Shown: positions 1 to 10,551, counted from the stretch's first letter. The stretch: 64,000 nt of DNA from Minisyncoccota bacterium (GCA_046350795.1 JAXLZT010000001.1:2411-66410); one strand, 5' to 3'. Numbers and translations are program-made. Notes: a model not told the origin generated them from the letters alone.

Positions 1-1
1 C

Positions 2-202
<201 letters not shown>

Positions 203-281
203 TCAAAAAAAGGTGCTAAAAACAAAGCTTTTTACGAGTTACTTTAAGTCACTTTTGTGGTCTAAAATCGTTATAATCATA

Positions 282-310
282 TTGACATATATTTTATAGT
301 ATGATATAAT
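282..310 (+). promoter_or_regulatory. consensus sigma70 promoter
   Basis: TTGACA(282-287)-17 nt-TATAAT(305-310) with extended -10 TG at 302-303. Confidence 0.85.
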
Positions 311-318
311 TAAGCAAG

Positions 319-369
319 TAAGGTAGTGGTAATCCGACTGACGCTCGTAGCGTCAAAGCCACCGCCTTA
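319..369 (+). ncRNA. structured 5' leader (stem, internal loop, hairpin) of GC-rich unit 1
   Basis: TAAGGTAGTGGT/GCCACCGCCTTA outer stem; TGACGCT-CGT-AGCGTCA inner hairpin; similar to 34401-34450 (-). Confidence 0.55.
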
Positions 370-390
370 AGTCCTTTTTTGGAGCCAGAA

Positions 391-492
391 ATGCACAATC
401 TCACCCTCGTCATCTTCTCAGACGGTACCGTCATCGACAGCGACCATCTCGACGATGGTCCGGTCCATCCGGGACCCGGTGGCGATCACTAG
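391..492 (+). CDS. 33-aa orphan peptide MHNLTLVIFSDGTVIDSDHLDDGPVHPGPGGDH
   Basis: GGAG SD at 381-384, ATG 391, TAG 490-492, GC3-rich codons, bounded by promoter and terminator. Confidence 0.55.
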   Translation: MHNLTLVIFSDGTVIDSDHLDDGPVHPGPGGDH

Positions 493-530
493 ATCGTCCA
501 ACCCGAAACGACAACCGCAGAGATGTGAAC

Positions 531-563
531 ACCCCGCTTAATTTTGATGCGGGGTTTCTTATT
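531..563 (+). terminator. intrinsic terminator (likely shared with convergent pheT)
   Basis: ACCCCGC...GCGGGGT stem followed by TTCTTATTT. Confidence 0.65.
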
Positions 564-595
564 TATATGGATAATTTTTTATACTGATAAAAATC

Positions 596-2560
596 CTATC
601 TCACCTGCCAACCCTTTTTTGCATTTAATTCATTTGTCACTTTTTCCATTATCATATTTACCTCATCATCAGAAAGAGTTTTTTCTTGTGATTGAAATAC
701 TAAGTTATAAGCATATGAGGTCTTTGAGGTACCATCTTCAAGCTTCTTAGTAAACACATCAAACAGTGAGCTCTGCACCAAGAGGTCGCTAGCATTTTCC
801 ACAATCACAGCTATCACCTCAACTGCGGACACGTCTTCTGGCACAAACACAGCTATATCACGCAAAACAAAAGGATATGGAGATATCTTTTTATATCGTG
901 TCTGTTTTTCTGACTTCTCAGGAATAATTTTTTTGTGTTTTGGGTCTTTAAGTGTATCAAAAATATTGTTTAAGTTTATTTCTATACCGTGAGAACTATA
1001 TATCTTATTTGATATTTCTACACCAAGCTCTTTTTCTAATGCAATGCAGACACTATCAAGCATATCTTTCACGACAGCATCTGCGTTCTTTATTTTTTTT
1101 ACTGGAGCAATAGAAAAACCCAGATGCAAATATTCACCGTCCACAGAAAACACATGGCCTATTTCAAATATTTTTACAAAATCTTGTAAACCTAAAAGAG
1201 GTGCGTTGTGGACATTGAGCACAAGACTTTCTTTTAGTCCATCTGTCAGATTTGCGCGTAAATATTTTTTATCAGAAGCTAGCGGGTTTTCCAATTCCCT
1301 TTTCCCGTTATTTCTAAATGAGTATGTATACACCTCAGAAAATCCACAATCAATCAAAACTGCACGAACAGTATCAACATAAAAAATGTTTTTTTCTATA
1401 TGCACCCCACCCTTAAATTTTTTAGGTTCAATAGGAGAAATATTTAAATATCCGTACAATCGGCCTATTTCTTCTATCAAATCTTCTTTAATAACCAGAT
1501 CCAAGCGTTCAAACGGCAATGCAACAGAAAACAAATTTTCTTTTTTCTCTACAACACATCCAATACTTATCAAAATATTCGCTATTTTTTCTGGCTCAAT
1601 AGAAAAACCCAATACATTTTCTATATCAGAAAAATGTAGATCTAGAGTACGTGATACATCTTTTATATGATGATTATCAACAAGAGCAGTCACATTACCA
1701 CCCGCCAACTCACTTATTAACGCAGATACATCTTGCAAAGCCATCACCGTAAAATCTGGTGCAATGTCATTTTCAAAACGTACTGATGCGTCTGTGCGCA
1801 AACCCAACGCTTTGGCTGTAGCGCGAATTTTTATAGGATCAAAATTGGCTGATTCTATTAAAATATTTTTTGTACCAGAACTAATTTCAGCATGAGCTCC
1901 ACCTTTTATACCAGCAATACCAAGAATTTTATTATCTTTACAGTTTTCATCTGTTATAACTAAAGTGTTTGTAGGCAAACCATATGTCTTGCCATCAAGT
2001 GCAAGCATTTTTTCTTTATCCTTTGAATTACGCACCAAGATGCGATAGACACCGTTTTTTTCTACAAGCTTATCTAAATCAAATACATGTAAAGGCTGAC
2101 CCAAAGAAAACATTACATAATTAGCAGAATCAACTATGTTGTTAATTGATTTTTGACCGATAGCATGCAAAAAATCTATCAACCACTGTGGAGATGGACC
2201 TACCGATATATCTTTCATTACAATAGCACTATATCTGCGACACAAATTTTCATCTAAAATGTTTATACCTATAGCACCACTAACAAAAGACGTACTGAGG
2301 TCATCTTTTGTTTCCTCTATTTTTAAAGGATAGCCCAACAGAGCAGATATTTCCTTAGCAACACCCCTATGTGACAAACAATCGTGGGCGCGATTTGGTA
2401 ATATTTTTATATCAAAAACAAAATCAACACTATCACCGCCTTCATATTTTTCTACAGACTCGACCTCAAAAGAGTTCATGGTTAAAAGATCAGATAAATC
2501 TGATGGTTCAGGAAGTTTTTTATTAAAATATTTTTGTAACCAATTGTATGAAACTTTCAT
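596..2560 (-). CDS. pheT: phenylalanine--tRNA ligase beta subunit
   Basis: MKVSYNWL start, PNRAHDCLSHRGVA, B3/4, B5 (DLIEEIGRLYGY) and FDX-ACB C-terminus. Confidence 0.97.
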   Translation of the reverse strand: MKVSYNWLQKYFNKKLPEPSDLSDLLTMNSFEVESVEKYEGGDSVDFVFDIKILPNRAHDCLSHRGVAKEISALLGYPLKIEETKDDLSTSFVSGAIGINILDENLCRRYSAIVMKDISVGPSPQWLIDFLHAIGQKSINNIVDSANYVMFSLGQPLHVFDLDKLVEKNGVYRILVRNSKDKEKMLALDGKTYGLPTNTLVITDENCKDNKILGIAGIKGGAHAEISSGTKNILIESANFDPIKIRATAKALGLRTDASVRFENDIAPDFTVMALQDVSALISELAGGNVTALVDNHHIKDVSRTLDLHFSDIENVLGFSIEPEKIANILISIGCVVEKKENLFSVALPFERLDLVIKEDLIEEIGRLYGYLNISPIEPKKFKGGVHIEKNIFYVDTVRAVLIDCGFSEVYTYSFRNNGKRELENPLASDKKYLRANLTDGLKESLVLNVHNAPLLGLQDFVKIFEIGHVFSVDGEYLHLGFSIAPVKKIKNADAVVKDMLDSVCIALEKELGVEISNKIYSSHGIEINLNNIFDTLKDPKHKKIIPEKSEKQTRYKKISPYPFVLRDIAVFVPEDVSAVEVIAVIVENASDLLVQSSLFDVFTKKLEDGTSKTSYAYNLVFQSQEKTLSDDEVNMIMEKVTNELNAKKGWQVR

Positions 2561-2562
2561 AT

Positions 2563-3300
2563 TTAAAACTGATTAGTAACACGTAGATCTCCTTGGTACA
2601 AAAGCCGTACATCATCAATGCCATATTTAAGCATTGCTAGTCTATCTATACCTCCACCAAAAGCAAAACCACGATACTTTGTAGGATCTATACCCGCACT
2701 TTCTAATACCTTTGGATGCACCATTCCAGCGCCCATTATTTCTATCCAACCAGTATTTTTGCAAACAGAACAGCCTGCTCCAGCACATTTAAAACAAGAC
2801 ATATCTATCTCTACTCCTGGTTCGACAAAAGGAAAATAACTCGGTCGAAAACGAACAGACACATTTTCAGAGAAAAGTCTTCTGAAAAAATTTTCAAGAA
2901 CCCATTTCAAATGAGTAAGAGATACATCTGTATCGATCATCAAACCTTCTATTTGATAAAACTGCGCTTCGTGTGTGGCATCTGTAGCCTCATGACGAAA
3001 AACTTTTCCTGGTGCAATAATGCGAATAGGAGGCTTGTTACTCTCCATATGTCTAATCTGTACCGGAGATGTATGTGTACGCAAAAGCTGTCGAGCGTTT
3101 AATGGTTTCAGCCAAAAAGTATCCCACATATCACGAGCTGGGTGATGAGCCGGAATATTTAAAGCATCAAAGTTGTAGTGTTCATTCTCTATTTCCGGAC
3201 CATTTGCAACAGAAAAGCCCATCTCATCAAAAATAGAGATAATTTCTTTTGTAATTATTGTAATAGGATGCAAATGTCCTTTTTTATTTTCTATTTCCAT
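2563..3300 (-). CDS. pheS: phenylalanine--tRNA ligase alpha subunit (catalytic core only)
   Basis: HPARDMWDTF, LLRTHTSPVQ, FRPSYFPFVEP, GFAFGGGIDRL motifs. Confidence 0.97.
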   Translation of the reverse strand: MEIENKKGHLHPITIITKEIISIFDEMGFSVANGPEIENEHYNFDALNIPAHHPARDMWDTFWLKPLNARQLLRTHTSPVQIRHMESNKPPIRIIAPGKVFRHEATDATHEAQFYQIEGLMIDTDVSLTHLKWVLENFFRRLFSENVSVRFRPSYFPFVEPGVEIDMSCFKCAGAGCSVCKNTGWIEIMGAGMVHPKVLESAGIDPTKYRGFAFGGGIDRLAMLKYGIDDVRLLYQGDLRVTNQF

Positions 3301-3303
3301 AAA

Positions 3304-4164
3304 TTAAATCTCCGCTAACTCAAACAAAGACTTACCGTCTTTGACATATATTCGGCCATTATTTATACGAAAATCTGGATTTTTACCCTTAAAAAGAGGG
3401 TAAAAATTATGATATGAACGTGTATCTATTTCTGTAGCATATACACCATCACCCAATGACATTATTATAGCGTCATCTCTATCAGGATAAAAATCAACGT
3501 GACGTATAGGAGATACAGCATCAAATACAGTTAGAATCGGATCACACGTCTTATTTTGACAAAAATACGGAGGTATTCTAGTTATGCTTCCGGTCCATTT
3601 TGCAAAAATTTTATTGTCATCACCCCAAATCTTCATTTTATTTTTCAAAAGACCGTGAGATTCGGCAGTAGATGTAGCTGTAGTGGTTGCATCAATCGCA
3701 AGGTTAGACGTTGAAACTGGCGCGGTGTTGGTTGGTACAAAAAAATCCGACACCTTTTTGTATTCCTGTGTAGAAGTAGCGCTAGATATTTCACGAACCA
3801 CCATATTTTTCGGAACTAAAAATGGATAGAGTGGAGAAACTTCCCTTTCTGCCACTTCAACTTTCTTTGCCCAAGGATAAAAATCCTTATTAGAAACTAT
3901 CACCATATATGATTTTGGTTTTAGATTTTGCACAAAAAGCTCACGTTGAAATGTGCCAGTAGTTTTTTTAAGTTCATTATCTAAGTAGATTTCTGAACCA
4001 TACTCCGAGACAAACACATATATTCCACCTCTTTCAGCAATAGAATAATCATTAGTGAAAGTATATCCTAGAGAAAAAAGTATTATAAATGGAGAAATTG
4101 CAACAAAAATAACAGCGAAAAAAATAAAGAAAAAAGCTCGTTTTTTGGGTGCCATCGGTTTCAT
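3304..4164 (-). CDS. membrane-anchored PEGA-like domain protein
   Basis: N-terminal TM helix followed by GGIYV...SEIYLD...LKPKSYMVIVS pattern. Confidence 0.6.
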   Translation of the reverse strand: MKPMAPKKRAFFFIFFAVIFVAISPFIILFSLGYTFTNDYSIAERGGIYVFVSEYGSEIYLDNELKKTTGTFQRELFVQNLKPKSYMVIVSNKDFYPWAKKVEVAEREVSPLYPFLVPKNMVVREISSATSTQEYKKVSDFFVPTNTAPVSTSNLAIDATTTATSTAESHGLLKNKMKIWGDDNKIFAKWTGSITRIPPYFCQNKTCDPILTVFDAVSPIRHVDFYPDRDDAIIMSLGDGVYATEIDTRSYHNFYPLFKGKNPDFRINNGRIYVKDGKSLFELAEI

Positions 4165-4186
4165 AAATATAACTATATCATAGTGA

Positions 4187-5731
4187 TTATTTTGCAGATC
4201 GATGCTTTGGCGTAACCCAAAAACCCATATATCTACCCAACATCAAACGTGTCTGGGCTTCAAGACCAGGAATAGCACCAAATATAGTAATGGTAATAGG
4301 AATAAACACCCACTGTAATATCATAAATATTTTTCTATGAAATCTAGAGTTGGCGGGAGCGGGCGGAAGAAAACTAATAGAAATAATGGCTGACATTACA
4401 AGTCCACTCATCGCCAAGATCATTAAGTTACGCGTAATGAAAGGCAAATTGTATGAAAGTATAGTTGTGTTAAATCTACCGCCTCCAAGCAATATAGGAA
4501 GCCAACCCAAAATAAAAATTAAGATTGGATTTGTGGCAAGAGACCAAAATCCCTCAAGTTGAACAAAAGCAACTCGGATTTTTTTTCTTAAAGGAATGTT
4601 TTTGTTTTTTATAATCCCAAATAAAATATATGGCACATTTTCTACTCCCCAACCCCAACGACGCTGTTGTTTATAAATATTTTTTATAGTTTGCCAAAAA
4701 GTCGGCGCCAAGTTGGCATCCATGGATACAGGATAAGAAATTGGTACAACAGAATAATTTCCATCAGAAGCGATGAAAGCATTCCAATAAATACGAGAAT
4801 CCTCTGAAACCATGTTTTTTTGCCAATAACCAATCTCATAAAGAGTCTTAAATGTAAGTGCGTGAGATGAGAAAGTTGCAAGCTTTTCTGGTCGCTCTTG
4901 TTGTATCATCTGCCAAAATGTACCAGATGTAGCTACAACACGAGACAATGCAGGAGCCTGCCATATATTATTGTTATAAAGAGGTACTGGCTGAAATGAA
5001 ACCCTATATGGATTTTCAGCAGTCAAAAAATACCAAGTGAGACATAAAAAGTACTGTTTGTAAGCAACAGTGTCTATGTCAAAAGCAGAAACAAGAACGT
5101 CTTCGTATTTTAGGTTATTTGGATCAAGTATTTTTAGACGTGCTTGTTCTGCAGAATACGCAATGTTTGAACCCTTACCAGGCATCTCTCCCGACACACC
5201 CTTTGGATGTACTGTCACCAAAAAATACCCAAACTTGTCTGCATATGTTTTTGTAATATAGTCTGATATTTCTTTTGCTTGTGGACCATCTGCTTCTTCT
5301 GAGGCAAGCACGACAGCAAGCTTTTTGTGATCATACTGTGTTTCCAAAAGAGCTTGGATACTTTTTTCCACAACCTCCAATGATTCTTTAAAATATGGAA
5401 GTATCACAAGATGCACTATGTGTTCATATTTTAGATTAGAAAACATAGTACTCCAATCGAGTTTCATATTGTGCTTCATTCGCTTCCAGTTTTGTCGTAA
5501 GTAAACAGAAAGATAGACTGTTTTTAAAAGCCAATAAAAATCAAAAATAATAATAAAAATCGCAGCATAAACTGGAAAAAAATAAGAAAGAAAAACCGCA
5601 CCCAGGATTGTGCCCCAAGCTAAAAAACCTGGAAGTATTTCCAACGAACGATACAAAAGCCTGTCTTTACCAGAAAGTTCTGTGGCCCGTCCAATATGAA
5701 TGGGTTTCTTGAGTTGGTTCATTTCTGGCAT
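4187..5731 (-). CDS. membrane glycosyltransferase family 2
   Basis: GKGSN, DID (DxD), SEDS and QQRRW (QxxRW) motifs, multiple TM helices. Confidence 0.85.
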   Translation of the reverse strand: MPEMNQLKKPIHIGRATELSGKDRLLYRSLEILPGFLAWGTILGAVFLSYFFPVYAAIFIIIFDFYWLLKTVYLSVYLRQNWKRMKHNMKLDWSTMFSNLKYEHIVHLVILPYFKESLEVVEKSIQALLETQYDHKKLAVVLASEEADGPQAKEISDYITKTYADKFGYFLVTVHPKGVSGEMPGKGSNIAYSAEQARLKILDPNNLKYEDVLVSAFDIDTVAYKQYFLCLTWYFLTAENPYRVSFQPVPLYNNNIWQAPALSRVVATSGTFWQMIQQERPEKLATFSSHALTFKTLYEIGYWQKNMVSEDSRIYWNAFIASDGNYSVVPISYPVSMDANLAPTFWQTIKNIYKQQRRWGWGVENVPYILFGIIKNKNIPLRKKIRVAFVQLEGFWSLATNPILIFILGWLPILLGGGRFNTTILSYNLPFITRNLMILAMSGLVMSAIISISFLPPAPANSRFHRKIFMILQWVFIPITITIFGAIPGLEAQTRLMLGRYMGFWVTPKHRSAK

Positions 5732-5744
5732 AACTCTCCTCTAG

Positions 5745-5817
5745 AGCCACCTGTCAGGCTTGAACTGACGACCTGCCGTTTACAAAACGGCTGCTCTACC
5801 AACTGAGCTAAGGTGGC
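5745..5817 (-). tRNA. tRNA-Thr(UGU)
   Basis: GCCACCTTAGCTCAGTTGGTAGAGCA GCCGT-TTTGTAA-ACGGC AGGTCGTCAGTTCAAGCCTGACAGGTGGCT cloverleaf. Confidence 0.95.
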
Positions 5818-5819
5818 GT

Positions 5820-6260
5820 TTAATTTATCTTATCTTCTGTTGTGTTTTCTGTAAAATCTGGATGACCAACAGGTTCTACAGATGCGACTGGATCTGAATT
5901 TTTGTATTCAGAGATATTTTTCATATATTCTGATACTTCACCTGCCTGTTTTATCATATTTCTGCCACGTACAGCATGCTCTATCTTTTCATACTTTTGT
6001 CTTATACCGGCAGTCAAATCTCTCGCTTTGTTCCATACATAAAATGGAATGTGATGTGTAACAAAGAAAGAAACTTCTTGTTTTTTCTTTAAAAAATCAG
6101 ATTTTATTGTTTTCAATTTTACCTCTAGAGTTGCATCGACTTTATTTAAAAAATCTGTCGGTGCAAAAGCTCTTTTTTGCTTTAGCTCTATGGTGCGCAT
6201 AATAATCATAACAGCACACACCACAAATGATACTGCAAAAATTGAAAGAGTGATAATCAT
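5820..6260 (-). CDS. hypothetical membrane-anchored protein
   Basis: N-terminal hydrophobic helix; in operon after tsf. Confidence 0.7.
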   Translation of the reverse strand: MIITLSIFAVSFVVCAVMIIMRTIELKQKRAFAPTDFLNKVDATLEVKLKTIKSDFLKKKQEVSFFVTHHIPFYVWNKARDLTAGIRQKYEKIEHAVRGRNMIKQAGEVSEYMKNISEYKNSDPVASVEPVGHPDFTENTTEDKIN

Positions 6261-6263
6261 GAT

Positions 6264-6851
6264 TTATTTTTTTGTAGAAAAACGAGCAAAACGTCCTATC
6301 TCTGTTTTTTCACCAAACTTTTGAACCGCACCCTCTATCAAACCACGTATAGTTATATCTGGGTTTTTGACATATGGCTGATCTAAAAGGGTGCGCTCTC
6401 CAAAATATGATGCGAGTTTCCCCTCCATTATCTTTGATTTCAATTCCTCTGGCTTACCCTCTATGTCTTGTGCAAATATTTCTTCAGCAGATTTTATAGC
6501 GTCTGCACCTATATCTTCTTTGCTCAAATACTGTGGATCAGCGGCAGCGATATGCATAGCTATATCATAGGCAAGCTTTTTGAAATCTTCGTTTTTTGCC
6601 ACGAAATCAGTCTCACACATTAGCTCTACTAGCACACCCACAGATCCAGTAGAGTGGAGGTAAGCTTGTACTACACCAGATCCTAGTGTGCGTTCTGTCT
6701 TTTTTAAAGCAGTTGCTTTGCTGTTTTTTTGCAAAACCATTATAGCTTTTTCCATATCACCTCCCGCTTCTTCCAATGCTTTTTTACATTGCATTACAGA
6801 TACACCGGTCTTGTCTCTTAAATCTTTTATTTGATTCGTAGTGATTTCCAT
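6264..6851 (-). CDS. tsf: elongation factor Ts (short form)
   Basis: IKDLRDKTGVSVMQCKKAL, CETDFVA; start taken at MEITT. Confidence 0.95.
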   Translation of the reverse strand: MEITTNQIKDLRDKTGVSVMQCKKALEEAGGDMEKAIMVLQKNSKATALKKTERTLGSGVVQAYLHSTGSVGVLVELMCETDFVAKNEDFKKLAYDIAMHIAAADPQYLSKEDIGADAIKSAEEIFAQDIEGKPEELKSKIMEGKLASYFGERTLLDQPYVKNPDITIRGLIEGAVQKFGEKTEIGRFARFSTKK

Positions 6852-6890
6852 ATTATTAAAGAACAATTATAAATCTCGTACTTATAAAAC

Positions 6891-7601
6891 TTATGCTGAT
6901 TTTTTTGCGCTTTTTCCTTCTTTGTAAGCAGAAGCTATTTCACCCACAATGTATGCAATACTTTGCATTGATACATCGTTGCCTGGAATAGCATAATCTA
7001 CTTCACTTAGATCACAATCTGATCCAGAAAGACTTACTATTTTTATGCCAGCCTGTTTTGCCTCCGCTATAGCGATGTGTTCCTTTTTAGAATCAACCAC
7101 AAATAATGCCTTAGGGAGCTCTTTCATTGGTAGAATTCCTGAAAAACTTGTGTTTAGTCTTTCAATATCTCGGTCTATAAGAAGGCGCTCTTTTTTTGTA
7201 TACTTTGCAAGCTCACCTTTTTCTTTTTGAGCTGTTAGAGTCTCTAGCTTTGTTACTCTCTTTCTGATTTCTGGGAAATTTGTGATGGTACCACCAATCC
7301 AACGTCCAGCAACATATGGCATACCCAGAGATGAAGCTATGTTTTTTACTGTTTCTTTTGCCTCACTCTTTCCTGTAACAAAAAGAATCTGACCGCCAGT
7401 TTCGCCTATTTTTCTAACAAAATCTTTTGCCTTTTCTAACTCTACGTGTGTCTTTTCAAGATCAAATATTTCAACCTTGTTTTTTACCCCAAAAATAAAT
7501 GGTTTTGCTGAAGGATGTCTTCGTGATTTTGCATAAGCAAAATGGGCTCCGGCTTTAAAGAGGTTTTCTACTGCGTTTTTTGATGTTTTCTGTGATTCCA
7601 T
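6891..7601 (-). CDS. rpsB: 30S ribosomal protein S2
   Basis: AGAHF, RWIGGTITNF, IPGND motifs. Confidence 0.97.
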   Translation of the reverse strand: MESQKTSKNAVENLFKAGAHFAYAKSRRHPSAKPFIFGVKNKVEIFDLEKTHVELEKAKDFVRKIGETGGQILFVTGKSEAKETVKNIASSLGMPYVAGRWIGGTITNFPEIRKRVTKLETLTAQKEKGELAKYTKKERLLIDRDIERLNTSFSGILPMKELPKALFVVDSKKEHIAIAEAKQAGIKIVSLSGSDCDLSEVDYAIPGNDVSMQSIAYIVGEIASAYKEGKSAKKSA

Positions 7602-7658
7602 AATTAAAATTAGTGACTAGGAGAGTCTACCAGATTATGTGGCTTCGTGCAATGGCTT

Positions 7659-8630
7659 TTATGACTTTTCAGACACACTGCCTTCTTGCCCATATTTACT
7701 GCAAGCTTCGATGATTTGATCTAGATTTCCAAGGAAAATCTGCTCTATATTGTGCCAAGACTCTTTTATACGATGATCTGTGACTCTGTCCTGGAGCACA
7801 TTATAGGTACGGATTTTTTCTGATCTATCTGCTGTACCTATTTGCCCTTTTCTGTCCTGAGATATCTTTTTTGCAGCCTCCTCCTGAGCCAACATTTCTA
7901 GCTTCGCACCCAAAATACTCATTGCCATTTCACGGTTTTTGAGCTGACTTCTTTGAGAAGTACAACGTACATCTATGCCTGTCGGCTTGTGTATGATGCG
8001 CACAGCTGTCTCCACTTTGTTTACGTTTTGACCGCCAGCACCACCAGACCGAGAAAATTCTATTTCTAGATCAGCAGGATTTATTTCTACTGTAATCTTT
8101 TTACGCATTGGCATTATAGCCACAGATGCAGTAGATGTGTGCACACGGCCCATCTTTTCTGTAGCGGGTATGCGCTGGATGCGGTGTACACCTGTCTCAA
8201 AACGCAACTCTTTATATACATCTTTTCCTTTTATCTCAAAAGAAGCTTCTTTATAACCACCAAGCGAGCTTTGGGATTCATCTATTTTTTTAAAAACCCA
8301 GCCACGTTTTGCAGAATATTTTTCGTACATCTCCGCTAGTTCCTGGGCAAAAAGAGAGGCTTCATCACCACCGGCCCCCGCTCGGACCTCTAAAATAATC
8401 TCATTTGGAAATTCATCTTCTTCTTTTTCAGAAGCCAAGATCTCATCCATTTGTTTGAGTAAATCAGCCTTTTGAGACTCAATATTTTTTAACTCCTCTG
8501 TAGCCAACTCTTTCATTGTAGCGTCTCCCTGAGACATTTCTAAAACTCCAGCTTCTTCTTTTAAAAGGCTTTGATAGTGCTCGGCGAGGTAGCTCGTTTT
8601 GACGTTATTTTTGTATTTTTCTAGGTCCAT
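7659..8630 (-). CDS. prfA: peptide chain release factor 1
   Basis: GAGGDEA, PAT recognition motif, GGQ. Confidence 0.95.
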   Translation of the reverse strand: MDLEKYKNNVKTSYLAEHYQSLLKEEAGVLEMSQGDATMKELATEELKNIESQKADLLKQMDEILASEKEEDEFPNEIILEVRAGAGGDEASLFAQELAEMYEKYSAKRGWVFKKIDESQSSLGGYKEASFEIKGKDVYKELRFETGVHRIQRIPATEKMGRVHTSTASVAIMPMRKKITVEINPADLEIEFSRSGGAGGQNVNKVETAVRIIHKPTGIDVRCTSQRSQLKNREMAMSILGAKLEMLAQEEAAKKISQDRKGQIGTADRSEKIRTYNVLQDRVTDHRIKESWHNIEQIFLGNLDQIIEACSKYGQEGSVSEKS

Positions 8631-8690
8631 TATTTATTGATTATACTAGCAAAAAACTCGTTTGAATAATGCTTTTGTGATACGAAAAAA

Positions 8691-8805
8691 GCGAAAATTG
8701 ATTAATGAGTTTTATGAGACTCGCGCAGGCACTACGGTGCCGAGCGGAGCAACAATCGCAGCAGCGATTGACGCATGCTCAGAAAAATCATTAATCACTT
8801 TTCGC
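8691..8805. repeat. 115-bp multi-branched inverted-repeat element (REP/MITE-like)
   Basis: ~28-bp imperfect terminal IR GCGAAAAtTGATTAATGAgTTTTaTGAG / CTCAgAAAAaTCATTAATCAcTTTTCGC enclosing two GC-rich hairpins. Confidence 0.7.
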
Positions 8806-8806
8806 G

Positions 8807-9064
8807 TTAACCTTTTTTATTAGAAGAAACCTTCACTTTCTTCTCTTTCTTTGGAATAGCCTCTGACTTTGTGCGTCGAGATTTGAATTTTTCTACACGT
8901 CCAGCTGTATCAAGCACCTTTTCAGCACCAGTGTAAAATGGATGACAAGCACTGCAAATTTCCACCTCGATTTTCTCTTTTGTTGAGCCGAGTGTAAATT
9001 TGTTTCCACAGGCACATACTATGGTTGCCTCAGGAAAATATGTAGGATGTAACTCTTTCTTCAT
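8807..9064 (-). CDS. rpmE: 50S ribosomal protein L31 (Zn-binding type)
   Basis: [29 protein letters not shown]. Confidence 0.95.
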   Translation of the reverse strand: MKKELHPTYFPEATIVCACGNKFTLGSTKEKIEVEICSACHPFYTGAEKVLDTAGRVEKFKSRRTKSEAIPKKEKKVKVSSNKKG

Positions 9065-9115
9065 GGGCGATACTATAACAATAAAGCGCTTTTTTTGCAA
9101 CACTTACCAGATTTT

Positions 9116-10522
9116 TTACAAATCATTTAATGGATCAATCATATTGACCTGTATGCTCTGCGCAGTGGCCATTACCTGATCACCGTAAAACACGTTGGCT
9201 GGCTTTCTGCCAGGTAAACAAGCGGCGCCTGAATAATATTTACAAGCGGCATTACGCTCTGCACTATACATACCAGAGCCAGCGCCTAGATCTTTCATAT
9301 ATATACCAGTAGCCATAAAAGCATGCTCGGGAATCCACGGATCAGCTTCGTCTGCACTTAGACCCAAAGCCTTACCGATAGCCACCTTGAAAAGCTCCCA
9401 TGTAGAAGGGATAAATTGTGATGGACCCATACCCCCACCAAAACCTCGACCGACATAATACACAGTACTTGGTGGGCAGGACACCGGAGTAGAGCTATAA
9501 CTGCGACCGAGTCTATCTGTAATATTTTTAAAAGGTACAGTATCGCGAGGCGCTTTCATAATCTGCTGAAAAGCTGTGCCGGTATTTTTTCCAATACCAT
9601 TTCCTGTACTTATATCAGTCACCAAACAAGACCCAACATTTTTACCCAGATTTGATTCTTGAGTCAAAATAGCCAAAAGAAAAGCTGGCCGTACACCGGT
9701 CTTTTTTGAAACTTCATTTGCATACTCCAAAGCATCACCAAAAGGAATAGCTGCACTATCTCTCAAAGAGAAAAGCGCTGTACGTATCTGAGCCGCTTTC
9801 TGTTGTCTTTCAGCAAGCACTTGTGCATATGTTTTTTCCTGATTCTTGTTTATGCTTATGAGCCTCTTTTTTTCTGCTTCATTTGCCTCTACTTTTTTCT
9901 TTTCCAGCTCTATAGCTGCCTTTGTATCCATCTCTTGATTTTGCTTTTTTGCCAACTCAGCTTTTTCTTTTTCTGTTAGTTCTTTATTTTCTCGTATATC
10001 TGAAAAAAGATCTGCGAGTGACCTTTTTATAGAATCAAAAGCATCAGTATCTTCAAAAAAGCCAGATAAATCATCATTTGAAAGCATCACTTCTACAGCT
10101 GAATAAGAATCTATCTCATTTGTTTTTCTAATTATTTGGGATAGAGACTCTTTGCCACGCTCTATTTTTTCTTCAAGTGTTTCTATTGTTTTTTCTTTTT
10201 GACCAATATCTTTTCCAAGATTTTCAATAGCAAGACTTCTTGCTTTTATCACAAGCTTTGCTTGCTGTATTTTTGCATTTAAAATCTCTGCATCACGAGA
10301 CAGAGAAGCCGTCTCACTTTGTTTACTTTTTAAAATATCCTGCCACTGTGCTATCTCCTTTTCTGTCTGTTCGAGCTCTGCGCGTAGCTCAGCTTCACGA
10401 GCTGCAATCTTTTTTTCACTACTTGAGGATTGTGCAAAGACAAAATCAGGAAAGGTTATTTTACCAATCCACACTAATACTGTAATAAGTACTATAAATA
10501 CAAAAAGTTTAGATCTACGCAT
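9116..10522 (-). CDS. secreted coiled-coil protein with C-terminal lytic transglycosylase domain
   Basis: Signal peptide, long coiled coil, AILTQES and GGMGPSQFIPSTW motifs. Confidence 0.8.
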   Translation of the reverse strand: MRRSKLFVFIVLITVLVWIGKITFPDFVFAQSSSSEKKIAAREAELRAELEQTEKEIAQWQDILKSKQSETASLSRDAEILNAKIQQAKLVIKARSLAIENLGKDIGQKEKTIETLEEKIERGKESLSQIIRKTNEIDSYSAVEVMLSNDDLSGFFEDTDAFDSIKRSLADLFSDIRENKELTEKEKAELAKKQNQEMDTKAAIELEKKKVEANEAEKKRLISINKNQEKTYAQVLAERQQKAAQIRTALFSLRDSAAIPFGDALEYANEVSKKTGVRPAFLLAILTQESNLGKNVGSCLVTDISTGNGIGKNTGTAFQQIMKAPRDTVPFKNITDRLGRSYSSTPVSCPPSTVYYVGRGFGGGMGPSQFIPSTWELFKVAIGKALGLSADEADPWIPEHAFMATGIYMKDLGAGSGMYSAERNAACKYYSGAACLPGRKPANVFYGDQVMATAQSIQVNMIDPLNDL

Positions 10523-10551
10523 AAAACAAAAGAGTTTGTTTTATTCTAACA

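Noticed and set aside
319-369. c-di-GMP-I (GEMM) riboswitch
   Set aside because: GGTAA..AAAGCC is reminiscent, but the GAAA tetraloop and the second receptor hairpin are absent.
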